DNA of 64,000 nt from an uncultured Candidatus Saccharibacteria bacterium (GTDB taxonomy: Bacteria; Patescibacteriota; Minisyncoccia; UBA6257; GWB1-50-10). The notes under the pieces are model-generated. The model worked only from the letters and a program-made list of their open reading frames with translations. It did no database searches and was not told the DNA's origin. The position numbers and the translations under genes are program-made. The stretch is taken from positions 39,463 to 103,462 of the forward strand of contig CAYUXY010000002.1 in the NCBI GenBank assembly GCA_964449245.1, given 5' to 3'. Below, piece after piece: positions 31,200 through 40,088 of this stretch (its first letter is position 1; every line of letters starts with the position of its first letter).

Positions 31200-31844
31200 A
31201 TGGAACTTAATGCACAAACGAGAGTTATTCTCGGAAAAAAATCAAAGAGGGTACGGGCGGAAGGATTTATTCCATCCGAACTTTTCGGACATGGAACGGA
31301 AAATCGCCATCTTTCTGTGCCGGCGAAAGAATTCAAAAAGGTATACGACAAAGCCGGAGAAAACACCGTCATTATGCTTACGATTGACGGCAAAGAAAAA
31401 CAATCCGTGCTTATTTCCGAAACGCAATTTAACAGTCTTTCGAATATGTTTATGTCTGCCGCGTTTCGCGCAGTAAAGAAAGATGAAAAAATAACAGTTT
31501 CTGTTCCGGTAGAATATACGGGCACGGATATGGCAGTCAAAAACGGATTTATACTTATGAAATTAGTTCAAGAAATAGAAGTAGAAACTTTCCCGAACAG
31601 CATCCCCCATTCATTTATAGTTGATATAACTTCTCTCACGGAACCGGGCCAGTCAATCGAAATAAAAGACATAACCGTTCCAAAAGAAGTCCGGATTCTT
31701 ATCGCCGAAGATACCGTTCTCGCGGCAGTTACGGAAAAAGAAGAAGAGGAAATTGCCCCTGTAGCTGAAGTTCCGTCCACCACCGCAACGGAATCGGAGA
31801 AAACCCCAGAGTCAGCTTCAACAGAAAACAAAGAAAAGAAATAA
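31200..31844 (+). CDS. rplY: 50S ribosomal protein L25 / general stress protein Ctc
   Basis: 214 aa, L25 N-terminal beta-barrel plus Ctc-type C-terminal domain and an acidic tail. Confidence 0.85.
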   Translation: MELNAQTRVILGKKSKRVRAEGFIPSELFGHGTENRHLSVPAKEFKKVYDKAGENTVIMLTIDGKEKQSVLISETQFNSLSNMFMSAAFRAVKKDEKITVSVPVEYTGTDMAVKNGFILMKLVQEIEVETFPNSIPHSFIVDITSLTEPGQSIEIKDITVPKEVRILIAEDTVLAAVTEKEEEEIAPVAEVPSTTATESEKTPESASTENKEKK

Positions 31845-31893
31845 TTCAGAAATAACGAATCCCGTTTAATTTCATCGCCACTATTTAAAAATA

Positions 31894-33408
31894 GTGGCGA
31901 TGTTTTTTCAGAAAACACAAAGTATTGTATACTTGATTGATATGGATGCAGAAAAACGGCGCATAGTTTGTGATGTTATAAAAAATCCGAGATATAAACC
32001 GATTATTTCACGGAAGAAGGAATATGTACGTATTCCTTATAAATCTATTTTCAAAATTTCTGCCGTTTTAGCTGTGGTTTTCGTATTTTCATCGGGCTCC
32101 GTAAATGCCCCTTTGAATATTTTCGTGTCGGCCGAAGAAACCGAGGTTACGGCCCAGAATATGCAGGACGAACGCGCCGAACTCGAGCGACAGCTTGCTG
32201 AATACGAAGCGCAAATAGAAGAAACGCAAAAAACTATAGATGAATATAAAAAAGCCGGAAACACTTTAAAAAACGAAATATATACATTAAACGCAAAAAT
32301 TCAAAAATTGAATTTACAAATACAAGCGGTAAACGTAAATTTGGAAAAACTAAATGACCAGATAACGGAAACTCAAAAACAGATAAACCGCACGGAAAAC
32401 AAGATAGATACGCACAAAGATGCCCTCGGCGAAGCGATTCAAAGCGTCTATGAGGCCGACAATCAAAATTTGATGACAATTCTTTTTGCGAACGACAAGC
32501 TTTCTGATTTCTTTGGCACATTAAACGACATAGCGCTCGTACAAGACAATCTCCGCATATCGCTCGAAAATATAACAAAACTTAGACAAGATCTGCTTGA
32601 ACAAAAAGAAGAGCTTTCGCTCGAAAAAGAAGATGTTGAAAATCTGCGTGCGATTCAGCAATCGCAAAAATACAGCGTGCAATCGACGCAAAACCAGAAA
32701 AATTCGTTGTTGAAAGAAACTCAAGGAAAAGAATCCGAATACAAAAAGATTTTGGAAAAAACGCAGGCAAGCGCCGCGGAAATAAGAACAAGAATCTTCG
32801 AACTCTTGGGAGGCGGAGAGCTGACTTTCGAAAAAGCCTATGATTTTGCAAAGCTTGCCGAAAGCGCAACTGGCGTGCGCGCCGCTCTTATTCTCGCAAT
32901 TTTGCACAGAGAATCGTTGCTTGGTAAAAATGTCGGGAGGTGCTCGTATGAAACTGCTATGCACCCGACAAGAGACAAGCCGTATTTTCTTGATTTATTG
33001 AGCAGACTCGGAATAAATCCGTCATCCGAATCAGTAAAAGTATCTTGCGCGAATAGCCACGGTTCATACGGAGGCGCTATGGGCCCAGCGCAGTTTATTC
33101 CGTCAACGTGGAAAATATATGAAAATGCGATATCAAAAGTAACGGGCAGTAATCCTCCTAACCCATGGAATAACTCCGACGCATTTGCGGCAACGGGAGT
33201 ATACATGCGAGACCTTCTGTCTTCGGCAAGCTGTAAGTCGTACGCTAACGACAATCAGAAACTTGTAGCTTATCAGACCCTCCTCGAGCGATGCGCCGCC
33301 GCAAAATATTATGCCGGAGGAAACTGGTACACATACCGCTTCTGGTACGGCGATCCGGTAGTCCAGAAAGCAAACGAGTTTGAGGAAGATATCGCACTCA
33401 TAAAGTAA
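31894..33408 (+). CDS. secreted/membrane-anchored coiled-coil protein with C-terminal lytic-transglycosylase-like (SLT-type) domain
   Basis: Signal/TM segment, ~250-aa coiled coil, C-terminal ES ... GAMGPAQFIPSTW ... YYAGGNWY motifs. 504 aa. Confidence 0.6.
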   Translation: MAMFFQKTQSIVYLIDMDAEKRRIVCDVIKNPRYKPIISRKKEYVRIPYKSIFKISAVLAVVFVFSSGSVNAPLNIFVSAEETEVTAQNMQDERAELERQLAEYEAQIEETQKTIDEYKKAGNTLKNEIYTLNAKIQKLNLQIQAVNVNLEKLNDQITETQKQINRTENKIDTHKDALGEAIQSVYEADNQNLMTILFANDKLSDFFGTLNDIALVQDNLRISLENITKLRQDLLEQKEELSLEKEDVENLRAIQQSQKYSVQSTQNQKNSLLKETQGKESEYKKILEKTQASAAEIRTRIFELLGGGELTFEKAYDFAKLAESATGVRAALILAILHRESLLGKNVGRCSYETAMHPTRDKPYFLDLLSRLGINPSSESVKVSCANSHGSYGGAMGPAQFIPSTWKIYENAISKVTGSNPPNPWNNSDAFAATGVYMRDLLSSASCKSYANDNQKLVAYQTLLERCAAAKYYAGGNWYTYRFWYGDPVVQKANEFEEDIALIK

Positions 33409-33424
33409 GGCATATAAAAACAGC

Positions 33425-33467
33425 AAGCTCTCGTGAACGTGTTTCGTTTACGAGAGCTATTTTTTTA
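33425..33467 (+). terminator. rho-independent terminator
   Basis: agctctcgtgaacg-(loop)-cgtttacgagagct followed by TTTTTTT. Confidence 0.65.
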
Positions 33468-33786
33468 CAGACGACCGAAGCGGGGCGAAAATCCGCGTCC
33501 CTCGCCGGAAAACAGACGCCATTCCATAACTACTGGTATCGATTTCCCATTGCAAAGCTCCTCCAATCCACCTCAGCAATACGACAATTATATCTCCGTC
33601 TGTGTTAACGAAGAATACATTGTCTCTTTTTAAGAACTGCATTCTTTTTTTAATAAATGCAGCTATAACTGCGAAATTATCAAAGACTTTATCCTGCGAG
33701 AAAAAATCTCTGGCAATTTCACTCTTTTGAAGAATAAAGAAAATGAACCCCTCTTCTTCTTCAAAAAGCTCCAATTGCTTTCCCAT
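33457..33786 (-). CDS. hypothetical protein
   Basis: 109-aa ORF preceded by a perfect SD AAAGGAGGTGA 8 nt before the ATG. No recognised domain. The 3' end overlaps the convergent terminator. Confidence 0.45.
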   Translation of the reverse strand: MGKQLELFEEEEGFIFFILQKSEIARDFFSQDKVFDNFAVIAAFIKKRMQFLKRDNVFFVNTDGDIIVVLLRWIGGALQWEIDTSSYGMASVFRRGTRIFAPLRSSVKK

Positions 33787-33828
33787 CTTTCATTCACCTC
33801 CTTTCAAGGTTATCTGTTGGTTATTATA

Positions 33829-33862
33829 CAATAAAAAACCGCGATGGTCAATCGCGGTTTTA
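33829..33862 (-). terminator. rho-independent terminator after prfA
   Basis: aaccgcgat-ggtcaa-atcgcggtt followed by a U-run on the minus strand. Confidence 0.55.
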
Positions 33863-34597
33863 TTTCATTTCTCTCGCAGTCTTAATTATCTTATCCATAT
33901 CCCCCTCTAAGGTCTTCTCCACCCCGTAGAATTTTTTGCCCATTCTGTGATCGGTTATCCTGTCTTCGGGGAAATTATACGTCCTTATCTTTTCCGAACG
34001 GTCTGCGGAGCCTATCTGCTCTTTTCGTATCTGGTCAACGGACCCGACAGCTTGCTCTCGAGTTATCTCAAAAAGTTTTGCTCGGAGTATTTCCATAGCC
34101 TTTTCCCTGTTTGCGTGCTGTGTCCTTTCCTCTCGCGAAGAAATGACTATTCCTGTGGGCTTATGGGTAATCCGCACGGCAGTTTCAACTTTATTTACAT
34201 TTTGCCCTCCGGGACCGCCTGAACGGCAAAAAGTTATTTCCAAATCGCTTTCTTTTATATCAACCTCCTTTGCTTCCACGATAGGCAAAATGGCAACGGA
34301 CGCCGTTGATGTGTGAATCCTTCCCTGACGTTCCGTAACAGGCACGCGCTGAACGCGGTGAACTCCTGATTCCTGTTTCATATCGTTATATACCCCCTCG
34401 CCTTTTATTTCTGCGACAAAGGTTTTATACCCCTGCGCGCCGGATTCGGACGCGTCAACTATACCAAATCCCCATCCGCGCTTTACGGCATATCTCTGAT
34501 ACATTCTCGCCAAATCTCCGGCAAAAATCGACGCCTCATCTCCACCCGCCCCGGCTCTGATTTCAACAATAATCTTTTTTATATTTTCAACATTCAT
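33860..34597 (-). CDS. prfA: peptide chain release factor 1-type protein lacking N-terminal domain 1
   Basis: 245 aa. PVT codon-recognition tripeptide ([14 protein letters not shown]) and GGQ motif ([11 protein letters not shown]). Begins directly at the [10 protein letters not shown] region. Confidence 0.8.
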   Translation of the reverse strand: MNVENIKKIIVEIRAGAGGDEASIFAGDLARMYQRYAVKRGWGFGIVDASESGAQGYKTFVAEIKGEGVYNDMKQESGVHRVQRVPVTERQGRIHTSTASVAILPIVEAKEVDIKESDLEITFCRSGGPGGQNVNKVETAVRITHKPTGIVISSREERTQHANREKAMEILRAKLFEITREQAVGSVDQIRKEQIGSADRSEKIRTYNFPEDRITDHRMGKKFYGVEKTLEGDMDKIIKTAREMK

Positions 34598-34843
34598 AAT
34601 ATTTTATTCCATTTTTTTACACACCGGGGCGAGGCTCGCCGAATTGTTTGCTGTAAGCTGGAGGCGGCCCGCCCCGGCCCTGATTTCAACAATAATCTTT
34701 TTTATATTTTCAACATTCATAATATTTTATTCCATTTTTTTACACACCGGGGCGAGGCTCGCCGAATTGTTTGCTGTAAGCTGGAGGCGGCCCGCCCCGG
34801 CCCTGATTTCAACAATAATCTTTTTTATATTATTCGTATCCAT
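34553..34843. repeat. 123-bp tandem direct repeat (about 2.4 copies) duplicating the prfA start region
   Basis: ATGs at 34597, 34720 and 34843 on the minus strand. Each upstream copy encodes [38 protein letters not shown] then a stop. Confidence 0.85.
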
Positions 34844-34910
34844 ATGATTTATAAATCAATAACACTGATGCTGACGTTCACAAGTACAAAAATTATTATC
34901 CAAAAATCCG

Positions 34911-35789
34911 CTAAAGACAAGTTTGTTTAAAAAGGCTGACTCTTTTTAAAATGAGCTCTTCCATATCGGAAACGACTGGGGAAAGCAATTTATAAGGAGC
35001 AACTTCTTGATTTGAATTTGTAAAAGATTTTTCTATGCTATTGCGCCACAAAACACGCAACTCTGTCGAAATATGTATTATTGAAACGCCGGCGGAAATT
35101 GCTTTTTTAAAATCATCATCCGAAATTCCGGAACCGCCGTGCAAAACCAACGGCACGCCTGCCGACGCACGGATTTTTGAGATTCTTTCTATGTCGAGTT
35201 TCGGATTCGGCGAGTTTTTAAGCATACCGTGTAAATTGCCTACCGCCGGAGCGAGCATATCAATCCCCGTCTTTTTTACAAATTCTCTCGCCTCTTCCGG
35301 AGTCGTAAAATGCGCTTCATGAACCGCCACTCCATCTGGAATCTCATCAAGCATCTTTGACGAAGTGCCTATATATCCGAGTTCGGCTTCTAAAATCGGT
35401 TTTTCCCCGAAAGGAGCGCGCTTTTTTAGAACGCGAACGGCTTCCTTTGTCATTCGAATATTTTCACTAAAAGATAGATTGGCTCCGTCAAAAATTATCG
35501 AATCAAATCCGGCCTTCGCCACGCGTTCTACTCCTTCAATCGAACGTGTATGATCGGCGTTTAAAAAAAGTTTTGCTCCGTTTTTGCGATAAATTTTGAC
35601 GAGAGATGCTATTTCACTGACCCCAATAAAATCCCGCTCGCTTTCGGAAACGCCTACAATAATAGGAAAATTCAATTTCACTGATACATTCGCGATAGCC
35701 TTAATCTGTTCAAGCGTTGAAACATTAAAATGCCCTATGGCAATTTTTTGCCTCTCCGCATTTTTTATTGTTTTTAATAATGATTCCAT
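34911..35789 (-). CDS. fba: class II fructose-bisphosphate aldolase
   Basis: 292 aa with class II aldolase metal-binding His residues and TIM-barrel motifs (HGGSG). Confidence 0.9.
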   Translation of the reverse strand: MESLLKTIKNAERQKIAIGHFNVSTLEQIKAIANVSVKLNFPIIVGVSESERDFIGVSEIASLVKIYRKNGAKLFLNADHTRSIEGVERVAKAGFDSIIFDGANLSFSENIRMTKEAVRVLKKRAPFGEKPILEAELGYIGTSSKMLDEIPDGVAVHEAHFTTPEEAREFVKKTGIDMLAPAVGNLHGMLKNSPNPKLDIERISKIRASAGVPLVLHGGSGISDDDFKKAISAGVSIIHISTELRVLWRNSIEKSFTNSNQEVAPYKLLSPVVSDMEELILKRVSLFKQTCL

Positions 35790-35798
35790 ATTTTTATT

Positions 35799-35959
35799 AT
35801 ATCAGCATCGCACCACTTTATTCGTATCATTCGAATGCATTAGTATATTAGCATCGCACTTATTCTATTCGTATCATTCGTATAAATTCGTATATTAGCA
35901 TTGTGTCTATTCATTCGTATCATTCGCATAAATTCGTATATTAGTATTATACCTATCTT
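35799..35959. repeat. ~47-bp tandem repeat x3.4 immediately upstream of fba
   Basis: Units tagcatcgcac ... attcgtatcattcgYataaattcgtatat repeated head-to-tail. Confidence 0.8.
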
Positions 35960-37211
35960 ACATTTCAAAATATCCCTTTAATAAATAATCTTTCATATAC
36001 CGTTCGAGTTCTTCTTCGCTAAAATATTCCATAAATATTTTGTTCCACAATGCCTCACCATGATGATAAAGATATTTTATAAGCTCCTTCTGTTTTACAA
36101 GAGACATTACGGTATCGACAAGATTAAAACTTACAAGCGCATCTTTCTCCTTATTGGAGCTGAAATACCCGCCAACCCAGTCGAGATCCGCCCAAAATTC
36201 AAGATCGTCTCCAAGACCATCTATGCTGTTTCCAAATGCAATCAGATCCTTCTCCGCTCTCATCCAATGAAGCGCCTCCGGATTCACGCGCGGTACAAAA
36301 AGTCGCGGGTCATTTTCGTCATCTTTGGCGAGATATCTTTGAACGACGAGCCATACGGATTTTTCCCCGTTTTGAGTATGCATTTCCGGAACATCTCCGC
36401 GGAGAAGCGACACGAAGTTTGAAGAAAAAGTCGCGGGAACTTTGGCAATTTCTCTGAATATGTCGGAATAAAACGGCACCTCGTGAATATAGTGAAATAT
36501 CAAACTGATCATTCTCAAAAGCTCGCCGGAAATACCGAGCGAAACCGGAATAATAAAAATCACTCCCATTTCTTTTAAATGGCTGATATTGTGCCATTTT
36601 TTCTTTACAAATTTCTCCGCTACGCCATTCCATTTTGAAGGTATGGCAAGCGCACGCACTTCACGTTCTTCAAAGTCGTCCGGAGAAAGAGATTCATATT
36701 GCTTAAAAAAAACGCCGTTAAGCCACTCCGCGCTTTCAATAAAGCGAAGCGCGCTCATTATTTCAAACAAGTCTTCTCTGCATAACATTTCATCAACCGA
36801 ATCATATCCAAGAAATTTCATAATTTCCTTCGGGGGTTCGTTGCGCAAAAATTCTCGGGCCTTCTCTTCTTTGATAAAAAATCCTTTTGGATTGCCGGCG
36901 ACATCAAGCGCGCGTTTAAGCAAATGAGAACAATCTTCGCAGTCTCCGGATTTTGGAAAGTTCAGAGCTTCGGAGATTTTTTTATCGTCAGCGTCTATCT
37001 TTGAAATAAGCGCGTTATATATGCTATGGGCATCCGCAGAAAAAGAGAGTCCCAATGCGGACAGCCTGTCAGCCATTTTTGCATCGTTATTATCGGCGAT
37101 ATTTTTAAAAATTCCATTTTTACCGGAAATTAAAGAAAGCCTGCGTTCGGCTTTTTCCAAAAAAGATTTGTCCGTTCTTAAAATTTTCGCAAGCTTTTCA
37201 ATATGATCCAT
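35958..37211 (-). CDS. hypothetical protein (417 aa)
   Basis: Long ORF with no recognisable motif. Compositionally similar to neighbouring genes. Confidence 0.55.
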   Translation of the reverse strand: MDHIEKLAKILRTDKSFLEKAERRLSLISGKNGIFKNIADNNDAKMADRLSALGLSFSADAHSIYNALISKIDADDKKISEALNFPKSGDCEDCSHLLKRALDVAGNPKGFFIKEEKAREFLRNEPPKEIMKFLGYDSVDEMLCREDLFEIMSALRFIESAEWLNGVFFKQYESLSPDDFEEREVRALAIPSKWNGVAEKFVKKKWHNISHLKEMGVIFIIPVSLGISGELLRMISLIFHYIHEVPFYSDIFREIAKVPATFSSNFVSLLRGDVPEMHTQNGEKSVWLVVQRYLAKDDENDPRLFVPRVNPEALHWMRAEKDLIAFGNSIDGLGDDLEFWADLDWVGGYFSSNKEKDALVSFNLVDTVMSLVKQKELIKYLYHHGEALWNKIFMEYFSEEELERYMKDYLLKGYFEM

Positions 37212-37223
37212 ACTTCAGAACGT

Positions 37224-38228
37224 CTATACTGATTCGATATCCGAATCAAGCTCCTGCCATCTCGGTTTTTCGATATCACGCGCAGTAAGCGCGCCTTCCG
37301 TAGCTCCGAAGTGCTCGATTACCGACGTAGCGTTTGCAGACCCGACGCGTAGCGCGTATCCGATATCGTTTTTCCTGATAAGTCCGGCAATAAATCCGGA
37401 AGCGAACGCGTCTCCGGCGCCCGTCCTGTCAACAACTTTCTTTTCCTGAAATATTCCTGCGCGATAAATATATTCTCCGTCAGAGGCGGATACTCCGTTT
37501 TTCCCATCGGTCATAACGGCAATGCCGTCTACAATATGGTCGAATTCTTTAAAAATTTTCTTTTCGTCTCGGCGCGGAATGCCGGTTAAGATCGACGCCT
37601 CATCGCGGTTTAATATGACAACGCCTACCATTCCGAAAAGCTGTTCGATGTCGGCTTTCTTCAATTTTAAATATGATGCGGATGGATTAATGGCAACACG
37701 CGTTCCTGATTTTTTAAACTTTGAAACGATTTCTTTCATCGCGCTTATTGGAATATCACCCGTTGAAATATACGCCCAATCGGCGCGCATCTTGGGAAAT
37801 GTAATATTCTTTTCGCGTATATCGCTTCCTCCTGCGCGATATGTAAAAATAGCCCGTTCCCCGTCCGGAAAAACGAGCGTAACGGAATAACCCGTGCCAA
37901 GCTTTTTGTCTATTTCAATAAAGGCGCTGATGTTTTCGGATTTCAGGCTTGATAATATTTCCCTGCCGGCGACATCGTCCCCCAAGACACCCGCTATTCC
38001 GGTTTTAAAGCCCTGCCGAGCAAATGTAATAGCGGTATTGTGCGCCCCGCCTCCGCCTGCAAAAATAGGCCTTTCTATCGAGAGTTTTGAGCCTAACGCA
38101 AAACACCCCGCTTCTGGGGCGTCAATTCCTATCTTCTTTATAAGTCCGGAGTTCGTAACAGTCTTAAACGCCGGAGCCTGAATAAACACTTCCCTGACAA
38201 TCGTCCCGATCGTAATAATATCGAACAT
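37224..38228 (-). CDS. PfkB-family carbohydrate/nucleoside kinase (ribokinase-like)
   Basis: GGGAHN N-terminal GG motif and C-terminal TGAGDAFASGF PfkB signature. 334 aa. Confidence 0.85.
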   Translation of the reverse strand: MFDIITIGTIVREVFIQAPAFKTVTNSGLIKKIGIDAPEAGCFALGSKLSIERPIFAGGGGAHNTAITFARQGFKTGIAGVLGDDVAGREILSSLKSENISAFIEIDKKLGTGYSVTLVFPDGERAIFTYRAGGSDIREKNITFPKMRADWAYISTGDIPISAMKEIVSKFKKSGTRVAINPSASYLKLKKADIEQLFGMVGVVILNRDEASILTGIPRRDEKKIFKEFDHIVDGIAVMTDGKNGVSASDGEYIYRAGIFQEKKVVDRTGAGDAFASGFIAGLIRKNDIGYALRVGSANATSVIEHFGATEGALTARDIEKPRWQELDSDIESV

Positions 38229-38249
38229 ATGCCTTATATTACCCCAAAA

Positions 38250-38290
38250 ACCATAAAAATTAAAGCACCCGATTATAAACCGGGCGCCTG
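38250..38290 (-). terminator. rho-independent terminator after small Cys-rich ORF
   Basis: RNA stem gcgcccgg/ucgggugc (with G-U pairs) followed by UUUAAUUUUUAUGG. Confidence 0.5.
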
Positions 38291-38315
38291 TTTTGTAAAA
38301 TGTTTTGTCCTTTTA

Positions 38316-38456
38316 TTATCTGAAACGCCATTTGCACTTAACGCCACCGCAACAGTGTTTCTTATGTTTACATTTACATCTTTTTACTGTAGGTGGTTTT
38401 TGATTCGCTTGTTCCACACCTACCACCGCTACGGTTATTCTAGCTTTCTTTTCCAT
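38316..38456 (-). CDS. small cationic cysteine-rich protein (46 aa), unknown function
   Basis: MEKKARITVAVVGVEQANQKPPTVKRCKCKHKKHCCGGVKCKWRFR. RBS AGAGGAA 5 nt upstream, own terminator downstream. Confidence 0.5.
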   Translation of the reverse strand: MEKKARITVAVVGVEQANQKPPTVKRCKCKHKKHCCGGVKCKWRFR

Positions 38457-38580
38457 ACTATTCCTCTTTCTTATGTAAAAGGACAAAAGTGAATTGAGTT
38501 CACAATATAACACAATCGGGCGCTTTCTGCAAGCGCCTGTGGAAAACTTATATACCGCAATGAAATTATGCAAATAAACA

Positions 38581-38608
38581 AGAAAAAATCTCCGCAAATG
38601 GGAGATTT
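38581..38608 (-). terminator. rho-independent terminator
   Basis: aaatctcc-gcaaatg-ggagattt hairpin with a U-run on the minus strand. Confidence 0.55.
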
Positions 38609-38788
38609 ATTTCTTCTTGAAATATTGTTGTATCCTGTTAATCGTTATTTCTTCTTTTAACTTTTTACTTTTCTCTTTCGTCTTGTTATTTCTCTCATCC
38701 TGTCAAAAGTCTCTTTTTGTTAATCGTTAATCCTATTAATCGTCATTTGTTCTTTTATCTTTTAACTTCTTTCATTCGATTATTAATT

Positions 38789-38868
38789 CATTCAATCGAA
38801 ATTCGAAATTAGATAAATCGAAATTTACCGTATTTTTTTCTACATACTATATACAATATTCTATATAC
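38789..38868. repeat. intergenic repeat module A plus motif B (actatatacaatattctatatac) overlapping the NUDIX stop codon
   Basis: cattcaatcgaaattcgaaattagataaatcgaaattt ... ctacatactatatacaatattctatatac. Confidence 0.75.
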
Positions 38869-39331
38869 TCATCTTTTCTTCTTCCAACGTATGTTCCAGC
38901 ACTACATCATCATCGCCAAACAAAAATTTGCCTCTAAATTTCTTTCCCGCGAGAAAAAGCGACATCCAATATATATCGCTCGGCCACATATCGGAAAATG
39001 GAATTTCCGCAATATTAAACCATTTTGGCGCCATTTCGTCAGATTCAACCGGCTCGCCCTCAAATTTGTCCGAATAAAAGATGTGCATCTCGAGAGTTTC
39101 CCCTTCTCTATTTTTTGATTCGAATTCAAGCACTCCTCGTTTTTCATAAGATAAAATCTTTATTCCGGATTCTTCAAGCATCTCGCGGACACACGTTTCT
39201 TCAACTGTTTCGTTTTCCTCTACCTTTCCGCCAAATCCATTCCACCTGCCAGCGCCGAAACGGACCTTTTTCATCCCGAGTAAAATTTCATTACCCCGCC
39301 TGATTAGACACAATGTAAAAACTTTTTTCAT
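38861..39331 (-). CDS. NUDIX hydrolase (MutT-like)
   Basis: Nudix box GGKVEENETVEETCVREMLEESG. 156 aa. Confidence 0.85.
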   Translation of the reverse strand: MKKVFTLCLIRRGNEILLGMKKVRFGAGRWNGFGGKVEENETVEETCVREMLEESGIKILSYEKRGVLEFESKNREGETLEMHIFYSDKFEGEPVESDEMAPKWFNIAEIPFSDMWPSDIYWMSLFLAGKKFRGKFLFGDDDVVLEHTLEEEKMSI

Positions 39332-39422
39332 ATTAGTATTTCGTATTTTTGTCTTTCTTCTTTTCTCTTTTAACTTACGTATTTAGAAATTTGCATTTTT
39401 ACTTTAAACTTTCATCTTTTCT

Positions 39423-39451
39423 CCCTACGGGAGATCTGCCGTAGGCAGACA
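39423..39451. repeat. palindromic core tccctacgggagatctgccgtaggcagac inside an AAAG/CTTTT-rich array (reverse-complement copy at 60499..60530)
   Basis: Two nested palindromes, tctccc-tac-gggaga and tctgcc-gta-ggcaga. Exact reverse complement occurs 21 kb away. Confidence 0.8.
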
Positions 39452-39558
39452 ACTTTATATTTCTCCCATTCAATCATTAATACATTCAATCGAAATTCGA
39501 AATTAAGTAATTAGAAATTATTTCTCCTGCATACTATATACAACATTCTATATACCAT

Positions 39559-40074
39559 TTACTTTCTTTTGAATATACCTACGGCTATTCCTATCTCCTC
39601 CTGAATTCCCTTAACACAATCGTAGTTTTTAATCTCTTCTTCATTTACCCACGCGAAATCGGTAAATGCGCCCTCTTCAGGGCGAACTTCGCCGGATTTG
39701 TATTTCACAGCAAGTTTTATAAGAACTACAGGAATCCCGTCAGGACGCACAAACGCAACGCTATTTATATAAACAAACTCGTCTTTTATCTCCACTCCTG
39801 CCTCTTCCTTTATTTCTCGTTTCAAAAGTTCTTCGACGGCGTTTTCAAAATCAAAAACATCGCCATTCATTCTCGTTGGCTTCGATAAATCAAGGTCTTT
39901 CCACTCAAGCTTTCCGCCCGGAACACAATATTTCCCCGGATGCACTTTTTCCGTTTCGCTTCTTTTTAAAATCAAACTTCTCCCGTCGCTCTCACGATAA
40001 ATAACCGCGTTTGCGACGAAATAAAAAAGTTTATTTTCTTTTGCGTTTTCAAGACTTATTTTCTCTACCGTCAT
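39559..40074 (-). CDS. NUDIX hydrolase
   Basis: GGKLEWKD ... REIKEEAGVEI Nudix box. 171 aa. Confidence 0.85.
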   Translation of the reverse strand: MTVEKISLENAKENKLFYFVANAVIYRESDGRSLILKRSETEKVHPGKYCVPGGKLEWKDLDLSKPTRMNGDVFDFENAVEELLKREIKEEAGVEIKDEFVYINSVAFVRPDGIPVVLIKLAVKYKSGEVRPEEGAFTDFAWVNEEEIKNYDCVKGIQEEIGIAVGIFKRK

Positions 40075-40088
40075 AGTTTTAAAATTAT

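Noticed and set aside
33860-34597. Interpretation as prfB with programmed +1 frameshift
   Set aside because: The protein carries the RF1-type PVT motif, not the RF2-type SPF motif. It has no CUU-UGA-C shift site, and the upstream copies end at normal TAA stops.
34644-34847. 67-aa plus-strand ORF with internally repeated peptide
   Set aside because: It is a by-product of the 123-bp tandem repeat read on the non-coding strand. Its internal protein repeat simply mirrors the DNA repeat.
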